This document shows, piece by piece, positions 23,285 through 36,488 of a stretch of 64,000 nucleotides of DNA. The notes under the pieces were generated by a model. That model was given only the letters and a program-made list of their open reading frames with translations. It did no database searches and was not told the DNA's origin. The stretch comes from Neolecta irregularis DAH-3 (Eukaryota): positions 62,001 to 126,000 of the forward strand of contig LXFE01000157.1 of NCBI GenBank assembly GCA_001929475.1. Reading direction: 5' to 3'. Both the position numbers and the translations under genes were made by a program. Positions within the stretch are counted from its first letter, which is position 1. Every line of letters starts with the position of its first letter.

Positions 23285-25675
23285 TTAACTTAGGCGAATT
23301 AATAACGGATTCATTTTTGGCGTTTTAGGGCGTCCCTTTTGCTCGAGATTGCAAAATCTTCGTGGTCGTCTTCTGGCAACTGGTCGTCGTCGCTTCTTAA
23401 AGATACTTTTGATCCGAATCTTGATCTTCTCATTCCAGAATTGGAGTAGACGCTTTGTTCTCATTTCAACATTTTGGCGTGTCAACTCGGGATAATGCAA
23501 ATGCAACTGTCCGGCAGTAGCCTGACTAACCAGTCTAATATCAATATGAACGCCTGAGAGTTTCCATTGTAGAAGCATATCCAGAACGTCTTTTTCACAC
23601 CTATCTGAAAATCCTGAAGCGATGACGAAAACGAGAAAAGACCGAGTAAACAATCGACGTAATGGGTGGATTTTATTCCAAGAACCGGCAAAGTATAAAG
23701 CATCAGGTATGGTGACGAAGCTCCGATGCGGCTTCCCTGGTTCTCTTGGGCGATACTGAGCGATAAGCCAATTCGATAACGTATATAATACACCAAAATC
23801 ATTGGCGAATATGATTCGTAAAAGGATTTCTTTCCACGCCTCTGGCTGAACTCTCCCGCCTGCTTTCATGCAACGTATCAGCGCTTCAATAGCTTGTTCG
23901 ATATCTTCTGACTCGGGCCTGGTGTCGCCTGGATGGGCTGTGGATATCGTTTCTCCGATTTTACGAGGACGGAGGATAGCTTGACGTAGATCAGTTGCTG
24001 AAGCATTTTCTACGGGAATCCCGAGAGTCTCCATTTGTTGAAGACACGAGAATGTGCCGATTTCGTCTCTATGGAAAATGCGAGAACGGAGGAGCAGATT
24101 CCAGGTATCCATAGTTGCCAGATTTTCGTTGACCAAGGTTTTGTGAACATTTTCAAGGACATGGTATGATTGGGCTTGTACGAGACCGATACATAAATTT
24201 CTTGCGATCAGCGGCCACGAACTGATGCCGAAGTGTTGTATACTCGAGTCGGCAGTCAAAAATGCTCTGCCAATATATCCCTTTCTGGCACAATGACGAA
24301 CAAGCGCTGCGTATGTTTCGGGAACAGGCTTGATATCTTTCTTCCAGAAACCACGGATCTTGTATTCTAATTGACTTAGGCTCTCAGCGTTGTGGCTAAA
24401 CACTGCGGTGCACTTATCTCCAAATTCAGCGCCTGAAAGAATCATTTCCCTGACTGTGTTACTGTATTTTTTGCAAAGACGATATTCTGCAGACAGCCAG
24501 AAACACCAAAACTCCTGCGAAATTTTACCAATGATATTAGGTATTCTGACCAACTTTGGTAGACGGTCGAGATCCCCGCGCCCAGCATAAAACGATCCAA
24601 GGATGTCAAGCGTCGAACTATGAATGGGAATGCGACGTTGTAGCAGTTTTTCAAATAGCGCTTCAACCTTTTGACGTGTAGAAAAAGAAACGTGGTGTTT
24701 CAACAAAGGATTGACAACGATACTATTACTCAATTGGCCATTTTGATTCAACAGATAATCATTCCAGCTCTGAGCTTGCGTGACTGAGCGATTACGAAGC
24801 AGTATCGGTATTAACGGTTCGTAGATCGAGGGGATATAATGACTCACCTTCTTGAGTGATTTGTAGACTGATCGAAATACTCGCAAAGATGCGGTCGATT
24901 TTGAAGCACATTTACATAAGAAATCCCAAGACACGGGTTTCACCTTGGGAAATAAGTGTTCGTGCCAGCATATGACCATTGTTTTGGGACATTCACGTGC
25001 AGTTACGCCCTGCAAGAGGTGTCCAATGACTAAGTCGTAAAGCTGATCCCATTGGCGATTATCCATTGCCATTTTGGCTTGTGCATATTCCCAAAGCATG
25101 TCGAGGAAGTCAGGGTAACGACGACCGATGACAATTACACGAGCCCACATTGTGTACCAAAAAATGTCATCAGGACATTCAAAATGAAGGCCGGAGCGCA
25201 ACATTCTTTTCCAGGTATTGAATAGCTCGGCTTGATTCCCACTATAACCCAACATTTTGAGAAGTTGAATCCATAGTCGAATATCGTTATGGCCACGATT
25301 GATTTGTGTGCGTATTAAAGATGCTGCATTTTTGTATCTTTTTGACTTCATCAATACGGAGATTGAGGCTTGCCGATATTTTCGCAGAAACTCTTGTTTC
25401 TGCAGACTCTCTGGTGTTGTCTGTACTATATCCGGGGTTGCTTCAGAAAATTGAAGGTCGACTCTCCATTTCGAGACGTCGGTTAGATGTGATGGTTTAC
25501 GATTGATTTCTGGTTTGAAGCTCTGCCCTATGTTTGAGCGGGTTCTATACGTTTCAGAGCGATTCATGAAGATGGGATTGTTCAATGCTTCATTTGACGA
25601 AAAACTGAACAGACGTACTTGATTGAAGGACCCACAACCCGATAAAGTGGTGAGATAATGGACTTTTGCATGCAA
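23285..25675 (-). CDS. Pentatricopeptide-repeat protein, probably mitochondrial
   Basis: 796-codon ORF with PPR-like helical motifs (PVPETYAALVRHCARKG, TWNLLLR). The ORF starts at TTG, so the true start is uncertain (ATG near 25567 is possible). Confidence 0.75.
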   Translation of the reverse strand: MHAKVHYLTTLSGCGSFNQVRLFSFSSNEALNNPIFMNRSETYRTRSNIGQSFKPEINRKPSHLTDVSKWRVDLQFSEATPDIVQTTPESLQKQEFLRKYRQASISVLMKSKRYKNAASLIRTQINRGHNDIRLWIQLLKMLGYSGNQAELFNTWKRMLRSGLHFECPDDIFWYTMWARVIVIGRRYPDFLDMLWEYAQAKMAMDNRQWDQLYDLVIGHLLQGVTARECPKTMVICWHEHLFPKVKPVSWDFLCKCASKSTASLRVFRSVYKSLKKVSHYIPSIYEPLIPILLRNRSVTQAQSWNDYLLNQNGQLSNSIVVNPLLKHHVSFSTRQKVEALFEKLLQRRIPIHSSTLDILGSFYAGRGDLDRLPKLVRIPNIIGKISQEFWCFWLSAEYRLCKKYSNTVREMILSGAEFGDKCTAVFSHNAESLSQLEYKIRGFWKKDIKPVPETYAALVRHCARKGYIGRAFLTADSSIQHFGISSWPLIARNLCIGLVQAQSYHVLENVHKTLVNENLATMDTWNLLLRSRIFHRDEIGTFSCLQQMETLGIPVENASATDLRQAILRPRKIGETISTAHPGDTRPESEDIEQAIEALIRCMKAGGRVQPEAWKEILLRIIFANDFGVLYTLSNWLIAQYRPREPGKPHRSFVTIPDALYFAGSWNKIHPLRRLFTRSFLVFVIASGFSDRCEKDVLDMLLQWKLSGVHIDIRLVSQATAGQLHLHYPELTRQNVEMRTKRLLQFWNEKIKIRIKSIFKKRRRPVARRRPRRFCNLEQKGRPKTPKMNPLLIRLS

Positions 25676-25863
25676 AGAGCTAGCTGCTCAAACCTTTCAA
25701 CACCAAGTTGTCCTGCATCTGCACACGTTGCCTGAAATTCCGAACTGAAATCTCGAAGATTGACCTTGCTGCAAATTCTTTTCTGAGAGTGTGTCAGTTA
25801 CGTACACGTGACTGTGAGCCTCAATACCACGCGTCAGCCATAAGTGGATTCTGCAACGCCATT

Positions 25864-27679
25864 ATGTCGTCTTTCGAGGATAACAATCCTTTTGCTGCAG
25901 ATGGTTCAGTGTCTCCGGCATCTTCGGACCACAAAACTGATTATTTGGATGGGGTAAGCGCTCGTCGGCAGTCTATAACAAGCACGGGCGACCATAGCGA
26001 CTTCCATCCGATTGAGGCGACCGATGCCCAGTATCCAAGACCGAGGTCTGGAAACTGCTGTAGAATTGAGCGGTTTTTGTGTCCTCCAGATGGACCTAAT
26101 GAAATCGTTGTAACTGACGCAGGGAAGTCGTCGGAAGGGTCTGGCGCCTCCTTTATTGTATATACGATCAATATCGGGGTATTCTGTTTCACTTTCAACC
26201 AATCCCTCATTCTCATAGGATTATACAGTGCGGAGAAGATACTCTGAGTTCGAGTCGTTCCGAATCAGCTTGACACGCCTATTTCCAACCGTTATTATTC
26301 CACCAATCCCAGAAAAACATACCATGTGTATGTGTTCACCAATACTTCCACTAATCCAAGCCGATTATGCTGCTGCGCCAACTAAAGCCAAGGAAGATCA
26401 AAATATCATTGATCATCGGAAACGAATGCTTCAAGTCTTCCTGAATAGATGTGCTGCTCTTACTCAGCTTCAGAAAGAGCACGTTTTCCATAGATTCTTG
26501 GACAGTAATGCATCTTGGGTAGGCTCATAATATCATCTACGTTTGACTGTATAGTCCGAAGTTTTGACATCACCTCCGCTATCGCTAATACCCAAGAATG
26601 TCCTCAAAGCTCCCCCACTTGATCCAGCTTCCGCAGAATCCTCTCCTAATCATCAATATCTTCCAACAACTATCTCTTCGTCACACAAAAATAAATCAGT
26701 TGATCCAAGCGATCAAGAATTCATAATGGCAGAAGCCTCAGCTAAGGAGTTTGAAGCAATTATTGGTGGGGGCGTTGATAAAGTGAACCGGAGAATGATG
26801 AAGCGGTATTCGGGTTGGGTGTTTCCAGGAAACTGCAACTGACATCGTCAGAGCTTGCAAACGACTATGCTGAACTTGGCGCGCGTTACAACGGGTTTTC
26901 GTTGTCAGAATTTGGTTCCTTGGCGACTGCTATTGAACGCGTTGGTCAAGCGGTTGATTCAAATTATGTCAACACTGTGGCCCTAGTAAGTGCTTTAGCT
27001 GCTGCTTTTGCGGAACCTCTCGGCGAATCTATTCAATTCGCTGGAGTAGTTAGGGCTGTTCTCAAGTATCGTCGCCAAAAGGCAATCCAGTTGGAGATGA
27101 CTATCGATCAGCTGGCATCGAAGCGATCTCAACTAGAAGAACTAGAGAAGAGCGAAATAGAAGCCAAAAGGATCGAGGGCGCACTTAAGCGGCTCGACCC
27201 ACAAAGTACTCAGCCTCCTGGCCCCAAATCGCTGGATGGTTCCGATCCTAAAAACGCCGATTCAGTGCAACCTCCCGCTACTTCATCTGAACCTAAGGTG
27301 CACAAAAAGAAACCAAGTTCAAGCTTCAAAATGTTTAACAAATTGAATCATGCGCTGCATGGGATGATAGATGTGGATCCCGAGACCACTCGCAGAAACA
27401 ACATTGGAAAAACCCGCGAGATGATTAGTCAGGTTTTGTGCTGATCACCTAATAATACTGACGTCCCAGCTTGAAGGTGCAGTTGGAGCTGCCAAAACCG
27501 ATACACAGAGGGCTTCAGATGCTATACGTAAAGAGCTCTGTCGTTTCCAGAAAGACAAAGAAGCAGACACAATCCGGCTCATGGTTGCTTACGCCAGGTG
27601 TCACGTTTCATGGGCGGAGCGGAATCTCGATGCCTGGAAAGAGGCGGCGGAAGAGATCGAAAAGCTCAGGGATGAATGA
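25864..27679 (+). CDS. SNX41: PX-BAR sorting nexin Snx41/Atg20-like, multi-exon
   Basis: EDNNPF N-terminus; PX motif VRRRYSEFESFR..LFPTVIIPPIPEKH; RKRMLQVFLNR; HGMIDVDPETTRRNNIGKTRE. Confidence 0.9.
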
Positions 27680-28654
27680 ACTATATTCGAGCTTTGATGT
27701 TCTTTTGGATGTTAAGTAATTGGTAGATAGCGTCATATTTGATTACTGACAAAAAGAAACCGTGTTTCTTATTTCACTTGGAGTTGAGCTCTGTGCCACC
27801 TTTAGGCATTAATCCCCGAGAACGGCGCATTTTGCCTGGTAAGACACATGATTTCCCCCACAAATTCTGTATAAGGAATGTATAACCATATATTGCCACT
27901 TATAAGCCGACCCTGAAGCACGATGCTCTGGCTCGTCGAAACTGGGGCCATAATTCAGACAGAGCTCTAAAGGATTTTGGAACCTGTGTATCATGTTCTG
28001 CAAGTTGTTTAATATCCTAGCTGTGCATCTGACCTCCTAGAAACCCAGGTATTCTTTGTCTTTTTTTGTTTCTTACCCAGGTTTTGTTGGAGTAACACCA
28101 AGCGAAGTTCAAAATTAGTGAGGGGTGTTCTAGACCACTATGCCAGCCACACACCCACGGTGATACGGGAAGATGTCATCTCTTGCAAGATATTTGCTAT
28201 CGGGAGAAAAGGTAAGTATTTTTAACCTCTCGCACATGACATAGCCTTTAATTCATCCCCGGACCGGCTTTATTTCTTAGGCTGCTCTAGCTTCTTAGAT
28301 ACGGCAAACTCAATGAGTCCCTCCCACGCTTATTGGTTTGACATTCCATTCGAGGATCGCGGTTGTCGGAAGGACAAGGTTCCAGGGTCGTGAAACCCCT
28401 AAGAAGCAAAATTATTGTCTCAAACCGCAATCAAAGGTTCCCATTCGTTCGAAGCTTAGGCGGAACTAAGTCTTCCGGACTTCTATTCCTCGATGTCACC
28501 ACGAATGAATGGTCACGCAGCCGACTGGTAGATACAAATAGTCTCCTGTCCGTTCATCCCGCTCTCTGCCTACTGTCATTAGTTTGTTGATTCGTTTGTG
28601 GCTGACTTTGTCTTCTAGAATTTGTCTTCTAGGATCGTCGCAGCAACATAAAGC

Positions 28655-29618
28655 ATGTCATCCCAGCGTACTTCCGGAGGGCGAACCCGACGACAACATC
28701 AAGAGGTTCCAACTCGACGGAGATCTTTAAGATTAAACCCGTCACCTACACGCACCCCAGCTCAACCATCTTTACCGGCCACCATTCTACCTTCCCAGGA
28801 AGCCGAGGCGGCTCATGCACCAGTACGGCGTTCTAGAAGAGAAGCTGCAGAACGGGAAGCGGAGCATTCAGAGCCCACCACGCGTAGACGTCGAAATAGC
28901 CGAAGCGCAGTCATGGCAACAGAAAGAGCACGAGTCTATATCCTGGAGATAGTGACTCAGCCTGAGGGTGCATTCCTGACCGCCCACTCCAATACATATA
29001 GCAACCTTGGACCATTGCCGATGGTTCTGCGACTTCGCGTTCGAGATTCAAGGACAGGGGAAGAGATTGCAGCGTAAGAAGCATTCGTTAGGTCATTCTA
29101 ACCTCTGCAGAGAAGATGATCATCCGTATCTCGTCGCACATGTGTCGCTCTGGGACGAAGAGGGAGAGGAAATGATATCGCCGCCTAATCAGACTCTCTT
29201 TCGTGGCAGCCTGGTCGCTTCACCTCAAATATTCAGGGACTATCGAGATGCTACCGAATTTGCAACTTTCTTTATATTCCAATCTTTACAAGTTTCTCAA
29301 ATTGGGAACTGGCGCTTAAGCGTTGGACTCGTTGGTTTGTGGCCTGCTGCCATAGTTCCAAGACGTTCTGCGCGACGTATTTCGGCAGAGTCACCTCGCA
29401 CGGGTGGGGATTTTGCTCGCGTCTTCGGTAGAGTATTGAATATTGGGCCGCAATTCACCAATTCCGAGGCATATCAACAGACTGATTCAGAAATAGCGAG
29501 GTTCCTCGATGACTTGCGGTCTCAAGGGGCTTCCATTAATTCGCCTCCTCGCGGAGGGAATTCTAGTAGCTCTGTTCGACAGTCGAATAGTTCAGACACA
29601 GGACAATCAAATGGTTGA
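28655..29618 (+). CDS. Divergent velvet-domain protein (2 exons, intron ~29073-29110)
   Basis: Arg-rich N-terminus followed by YILEIVTQP, YLVAHVSLW, TLFRGSLVASP, FFIFQSLQVSQIGNWRLSVGL and LRSQG, collinear with velvet motifs. Confidence 0.7.
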
Positions 29619-30806
29619 GGTGGACTGAATACTGGAGGATTTGGTGTCTGTAAATACGCATTGAAATAGGTCGGGGTTGTGTGTTAGTGTAGTTGTACTG
29701 ATAGTAGAGTAATTGCACAAAGCCCACTCAATGCCCAAAGCGGAAGCCTTCCTCTGGGTGCCCCAATTCCTCTTTTGATCCATTTTGGTTTCTCCCATCC
29801 ACAGGAGATCAAATGTCCTCAAATGGATATTCAGGGAGGCCACTGCAGGGAGGATACTACGTAAAGATGCGCGGCCTTCTGTTTTATTTACAATTAGCCT
29901 CAGCAACCTCCACAGTCATATTACGCCCAACCTCAGGGCGATCAACAAGGAGGATATCCACAACGTGCTACTCTTTAACCAGGGCTCTTTGTTAATAAGA
30001 GATAGAGGGCTATCAACCGCCACAGCAGCCGGTATACATCCAACAACAACCGCAAAACAGCAACATGGGTGGTATTTGTTGTGGAATGTATATGATAGTC
30101 TCTTGAGTTTGACCCACGCTTACTATCCTTAGTTGCGCTGCATCGGCCTTGTGTTGCTGTCTGGACGTATGTTGTTAGCAATCTTTGTATGCGGCGATTA
30201 GGAGAAATTCATAAATCTTCTAAGTTCTCTTGTTACATTCTTCACTTCCGAATATCTGCCTATTGACTTCCATAAAGAATCCACTTCTGCGTATGTTCGT
30301 GTTCAACTTACACTAGCGCAAAACTCTGCTGCCCCTGTCTTTATGTAATGCGTCCGTTTTGCAGGGATAATTGCCTCCTCAAATCCTTAGCCACACTGCC
30401 AAGAGATCTCTAGTCAGAGGAATCTAATAAATTCAGGATCCAGGTTCTGCAATAAAAAATGTAGAGTTTCAAACACTCATGTAGAGGTGTCTGAGAGAAA
30501 GCTTAGTGGATAACCCGGACCTTCCCTTTTTCTAGCGGAAAAAATTGGATATAGAGATATCTATGATTTTAAATGTCTTTTTGTGACCAATGCCGCAGCC
30601 TTCTAGAACTAGAAATTTCTTCTCCCAGAGGAGACTGAGCTGCAATACAACTGGATTCGAAATTCACGCCACGATTAAACGATTTTCATATTTAATTAAT
30701 AGCTTTAAGGAAAATCTATGTCTATAGAATGAGCCCTGAAACAAGTTTTAACTTAGGGTGACGTGATGAACAACTTTGGACCAAAGATGCTCCATTACCG
30801 AACTTC

Positions 30807-32393
30807 ATGACCACAAAGTTTACAAACACAAGGCGTAACGACAATGCCGAAATTGGAATCATAGGTATGGGAGAGATGGGCAGGCTTTATGCGAAGTATA
30901 TTAGCACGGCTGGTTGGAGGTATTCGATAAAGTTTTAACCAGCAATTGATGTTCAGAGTAAATGCTTGTGATAAACCCGAGAATTTTGAAAAGTTGAGGA
31001 AGGAATACTCTGGTAAGTTTAATATTCCTTACTGGTGTCTGAATCCATAGAATCATCCATCAATATTCTAGAAAATGGACATCTGGTGTCGAGACGAAGC
31101 GACTACGTAATATACAGCGTAGAGGCTGAACATATTGATAGCATTGTGCAAAGATATGCTCCTTGTACAGATCAACTCAAAAAGATTCTTCATTGCTAAT
31201 CAAAAGCGACAAAGATTGGTGCTATTGCTGGGGGTCAAACGTCCTGCAAAACGCCGGAAATTACTGCTTTTGAAAAATATCTTCCAAATGATGTCGACAT
31301 CGTTTCTTGCCATTCTCTACATGGCCCTTCAATTGACCCAAAAGGAGAATCCCTTGTTGTGATCAAACATCGGGCGTCGGAAAAGAATTTCAATCTCGCG
31401 AAGGAAATTTTGTCATGTTTGGGTTCGGAGATGGTTTTTCTCTCTGCGCGAGAACATGACCGAATCACCGCAGATACACAAGCTGCAACTCATGCTGCTT
31501 TTCTAAGGTATTTGAACGCATTAAGTACATATATTGAACTGATAGCATGGGCGTTGCTTGGCAAGCGAACGATCAGTTTCCTTGGGAAGTCAGTCGATAT
31601 GCCGGAGGTATAGAAAATATCAAAATTAACATAACAATGCGCTTATTCTCCAACAAATGGCATGTATACGCAGGTATCCCGGAGTTTCAGAAAGGATTTA
31701 CCTACTATAGGTGTTGCAATCATGAACCCGTCTGCTCGGGAGCAAATTAAACAATACGCCAAGTCTGTTACGGAATTGTTCAAGCTTATGACTGAAGGAA
31801 AATCTCAAGAGTTCGGTGATAGGATAAGGTCTGCTGGTAAAGCGGTATTTAGAGACGCAACTCAAAGTATGCTACTTCTAGATGAAGTTTTAGATAAGTT
31901 CAGTCTTGGGAGAGTTCCTTCAGAAGGAAACCTCCCCAATTCTCACCTGAGTCTTTTGGCAATGGTCGACTGTTGGTGGAAGATGGGGATAGTTCCTTAC
32001 AATCATATGATATGCTCGACTCCGGTACAAAAACGTCTTTTCCTCAGAGTACTGATCAACGTAGTTATTTCGACTGTGGCTCGGCACAACAGAATATCTC
32101 TTTCGACAACCAAAACTTTTAGAAGAGTGCATCAACGTAGCTATGAACGATACTACATTTCGTTCCGATGATCTCGAATTCACATTCGCTGCTCGGGTAT
32201 GCCATGATTTGTAACCGTTCTCAGAAATGTTTAGGGTTGGAGTGATTGTGTAGCATTCGCTGATTTCGAAAGCTATAGAAAAAGGTTTGAGGTTATCCAG
32301 AATTACTTCGAGCCTCGATTCCCAGAAGCCATCCAAGTCGGAAATGAAATGATTCGCACGATCTTTGCAATGACTCATTCGGAGAGTTCGTAG
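30807..32393 (+). CDS. TYR1: Prephenate dehydrogenase (NADP+), multi-exon
   Basis: IGIIGMGEMG Rossmann motif, GGQTSCK.PE, CHSLHGP, EHDRITADTQAATHAAFL-SMG, NKWHVYAG, PNSHLSLLAMVDCW. Confidence 0.95.
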
Positions 32394-32454
32394 AGATTAG
32401 ATACACATGATATATACAGTATTCTATATTGCAGGAATTTGCCGAGTTGAGTGT

Positions 32455-34144
32455 TCAGTGCATCTCTCTAGGGCCCATTCGTGCCCTACGACTCGATGCC
32501 TGGTCTGACTGTGGTGGAACAGTAGATATCTTTGGAGGAGGTTCGGGCATCGTCTCCAATACGTAACTGCTGCTATACGGTGCAGTGGGCAAAATTGTAC
32601 TGGAAGTTCTGAGAGAGGCTAAATAGTTTCGTCCATAGTTTCCCGAAATCTGTTCCTCTGAATCGATTCCAACTGTTTTATATAGATTTTCAGGGTATGC
32701 TTCTGCATCGTTGATTAAGTCATCATCATCCGTAGGCTCGAAAGGGGGAAGGAAGCTATCCATCTCGCGCTTAAAATTACGCTTCTGTTGGCGAAAGTAA
32801 ACAAAAATGTAGGTCCCGGTAAACCCTAGAAGAGTAATATAATAAAATGCTTGAAATCCGGCGGTAGTTCCAAACAAGTTGAGCCCGAGACCCTATGAGC
32901 ATGAGTGGTCAGATGGAAATTCCTATACCCCATTTATTAATGCAAGAAAAATTACTCCACGTCCGATCCATAAATGACTGTGCGTGACGAGTCTGCGCGT
33001 GTTGAATTTTGGATCGTAAGTTCGGTGGTGCCACCTAACAAAGATTTAGCAATCAGGAAATCCCAGAAAATCGACGGCTGTGCATACCATCCCAGTACAA
33101 TTTGCGGCAGGAGTAATAAAACAAGCAATAATCCAAACGTCTGATGAAAGAAATGAATTTGACCCTGTGAAGCACCTAAGCCTAGAAACATGCCGAGAAT
33201 TGCAATGATAACGCCGGTTAATTGAATGACCCAATGCACTTTGACAGGCATAGGAATCTTATTCGCAAAGAAACGGATTATGATAGCCCCAGAAGGAAAT
33301 ATTAATGCCCAAGCAATAAGCATAAATATAGCTATATGTTGGAAGTTTGTCTACTTAGAAGGCGACATACCATGAGCCACAACGACATTCATCCATTTGT
33401 TCCGCGGACCGGAGCTCCCAGATATACTCGGAATTCCTCCAACCCCTATAGCTTTTGCCACATTCAGCGTGAAGGACCCACGAATGACATGCTGAGCAAT
33501 ATTCGCAGCAGCGGAGTCGGGATGGCTAGGAGCTTTTACTCCCATAGCCCAAATAAAAGGTTGCTTGTTTGAGGTAAGATCAATATTTCCGTGGTCCCAA
33601 GAATTGCAATTCGAACAATGAATATTTGCCACCATTCTCCCATTTATGATACCAGTTCCACTTTCGACTGTGATATTTGCCATGTTGTACTGTTCAGGTT
33701 GATTATGGGACCTTTAAATCAGTATCCAGATTCACGGATAGTATTCCTCACGTCCCCAATCGCGTAGAAACGGTCAAATTTTCTCCATTCTTGTATAAAA
33801 CAAACATTAAAGCTCCCGCCATTTCCTTACCGATTCCAACGGCGGCCCATCTGCAGTTTGAGTTAAAAGGAATATAATGTGACCAAACCCTGCATCTTTC
33901 GGTGCTGTTATTTGAAGATTTAGTCCACCTTGAGCTTGCAAATCGCTTGGTACATTGATCGCCACACATATTCCTGTAACAGCCTTAGAAGTATCCTAAG
34001 TTAAATACCAGCAAAGTACCGCTTAGGGAATTGCATGCCTGTTGCTGAACGGTTAAAGCAGTAATTCTGAGTACTACAAGAGTGAGGTTTCTTCTTAGTA
34101 TCGGGCTTAGTACAATGGATATATAAAAAGATCAAGCGGGGCAT
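32455..34144 (-). CDS. DOMON (CDH cytochrome-like) plus cytochrome b561 membrane protein, multi-exon
   Basis: Signal peptide, WAAVGIGKEMAGALMFV, VSTRLGT, ANIHCSNCNSW, QPFIWA, then VVAHG..AWALIFPSGAII, HWVIQL, HQTFG. Confidence 0.85.
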
Positions 34145-34356
34145 GATAAATTGATTCGCAATAATTTGGAGTAGTGACACGTGATTTGGGAAGCTTGCTC
34201 GAAGCTAAAGTTTCCATACATGAACAAACAATGGATATACAGCCAGTCAAGTTCATTTTATCTACAGGGATATTGTAAGAACCCGCGAAAAGCAGCCAAG
34301 ATCAGAATAACACGCACATTCTTCTCTTTAGTTTCTGATAAAGCTCTCTTTGATAT

Positions 34357-35023
34357 TGTGGTGACTCGATTCGACGGGACTTGATCATGCCCCACGATCA
34401 GACAACACCGGTGCCCCGCATCGCAAGCTACTATGACTCCCCCAACGGTTCAAGGCTCACTGACGTCAACGCCGATCATAGCAGCCTGACTGTGGCAAGC
34501 AGTACCACCGAGCCAAGTCAGGACGATCACAAGCTTTGCCACCTGAGAGGTAGGCAGGGAGACAAACAGAGATGAAGGAAGCGCAAGTGCCCGGTCTTCT
34601 ATAAGTAGGGCCTGGCTTGATTAGCAAGTCAGGCCAAAACCAGAGCAATAATATACGTAGTTGCCTGTATTCTTCGGAATTCGCGATCATATATTCCCAG
34701 TGAAGCCTCCTTAGTGGCAACTCACATCCACCATAAGTCCCACCAGCTCGCCTCCGCCACCGCCACCGCTCAATAGTCGGGAGGAGCACAGGGAGTACTA
34801 AGGGCCGCAGCCTATCTCATACTGGCCTGTCACAGGCATCGCCACCCGGCAAGTCAATGGGGAGGCGAACAGGCAGAAGACGGTAGCAGGCGCATGTGCC
34901 GAGTCTGTATATAAGTAGTGTCTAGCCTGACTGGCTGACTAGACTTAAACCCGATATCCAATATATGTAGTTACATGAATCCGTTTTGAAACTGATACGG
35001 ATTCTATACATCACTGTGTGACG
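34357..35023 (+). mobile_element. Two adjacent degenerate solo-LTR-like remnants
   Basis: Segments ~34357-34726 (TG...CA) and ~34828-35023 (TGTCACA...TGTGACG) share GCGCA(A/T)GTGCC, TATAAGTAG, a hairpin and AATATA(C/T)GTAGTT in the same order. No clear TSD. Confidence 0.45.
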
Positions 35024-35421
35024 GTACCACAAAACGTGGCAAGCTGGAATTGTCTAAGGAAAAGAATTTCACACAATGTTAGTTTCCACCCAAAAAATAC
35101 AAAATTCCCTGTTTTTTAGAATATCATGATATTCTTTTGTGGTGACTACAAAACGCGGCCAATATTATATTCCCAAAAAATAAAGTATCTAGTTGACGTT
35201 ATACGGGCATTCATGACAATTCAAATGAAAAGACGAGGTGTATTGTATTCAGGATCAGTGCGATACTTCTTGTAACGGAGATGCTCCCTTGGAGTAAGCC
35301 TGGGTAGTGGTACAGGGAGTGGAGACTCCCCCGGCGGATGAGAGAGACATAGCTTAGACACCAAGTAGTCATGTATATATGGTACCTGTGTGGAAGATAG
35401 CCGTCATCCAATAGCCCTCTG

Positions 35422-36406
35422 CTACACTTCTTCTCTTCTAGGAATTGAGTTCTGTGCCCCTTGACGTGTAATGGCGAGAGCTGAGGCGGATATCCCAAAC
35501 TCGATTGCATTTCTCAATCCATTCTCTAAAAGTTCCACGACGAAGGCCCCAATAAATGTATCTCCAGCAGCAGTTGAATCGACTACAAGTTGGACTTTAT
35601 GTGCCGGTAGATGCTGAACTTGAGTGCCTCGTTCGACGAATACCACGCCCTGGCTCCCGAGAGTGACGATGACGGCTTTGGTAACTCCACGTTCAAGAAG
35701 GTGAGTCGCAACTATCTTTGCCTGATCTAAATTTCCGACGGGGTTTCCTGACAAGATACTAGCCTCGGTTTCATTGACTACCAGATACCCGATTTTGGGG
35801 TAGATAGATAATTCCAACTCTATCGCTGGTGCGGGATTGAGGAGCACGGGAATGTTTAACTCGTGAGCAAGGTCAATTGCAGCTTGCACAGTTTCAAAAG
35901 GGACTTCGAGTTGAAGTACTAACATCGACGCCGATGATATAAGCGCCCTGGATGCGTAAACGTCGTCGATCGATAATTTGGCGTTGGCTTCCAGTTAATC
36001 AAAAGTATATGATTGGGTTAAAAACCTCCAGGTGCAAGAATAATTCTATTCTCTCCATTTTCTTCAACCCGATATATCAAGTCAAAGCATTTATCGCGTA
36101 ACATACCAAGATAAATGCTACTCCTGTTGCAGTTTTTGCACTGACTCGTATTGAGCTTACATCCATATTTTCCTTCTTTAGATCTTCCATGATGACTTTT
36201 CCGTATGTATCGTCGCCTATTCTTCCAATGAATGCGACATTGCCGCCCATTCGGGCACAAGAAACGGCCTGGTTACAACCCTTGCCGCCATTTCCATAGG
36301 AAATATCTTTCCCCGCAAGGGTCTCACCGGGTTGAGGGACACGATCTAATCTTAAGACGAGATCTTGGTTCAGCGATCCCAGAACGACGATAGATTTGCT
36401 GGACAT
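35422..36406 (-). CDS. RBK1: Ribokinase (PfkB family), 3 exons
   Basis: VVLGSLNQDL, GGKGCNQA, NETEA, VTLGSQG, DSTAAGDTFIG. Confidence 0.95.
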
Positions 36407-36488
36407 TGGCCATTTCGGGGTTCAAACTTTGAATTAACCTCACCCCGTGCTACACGCCTGCTTCCCAGATCGTTGATGCAACAACGAC

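Noticed and set aside
29607..30181. Short ORFs downstream of the divergent velvet gene
   Set aside because: No recognisable motifs or consistent exon structure
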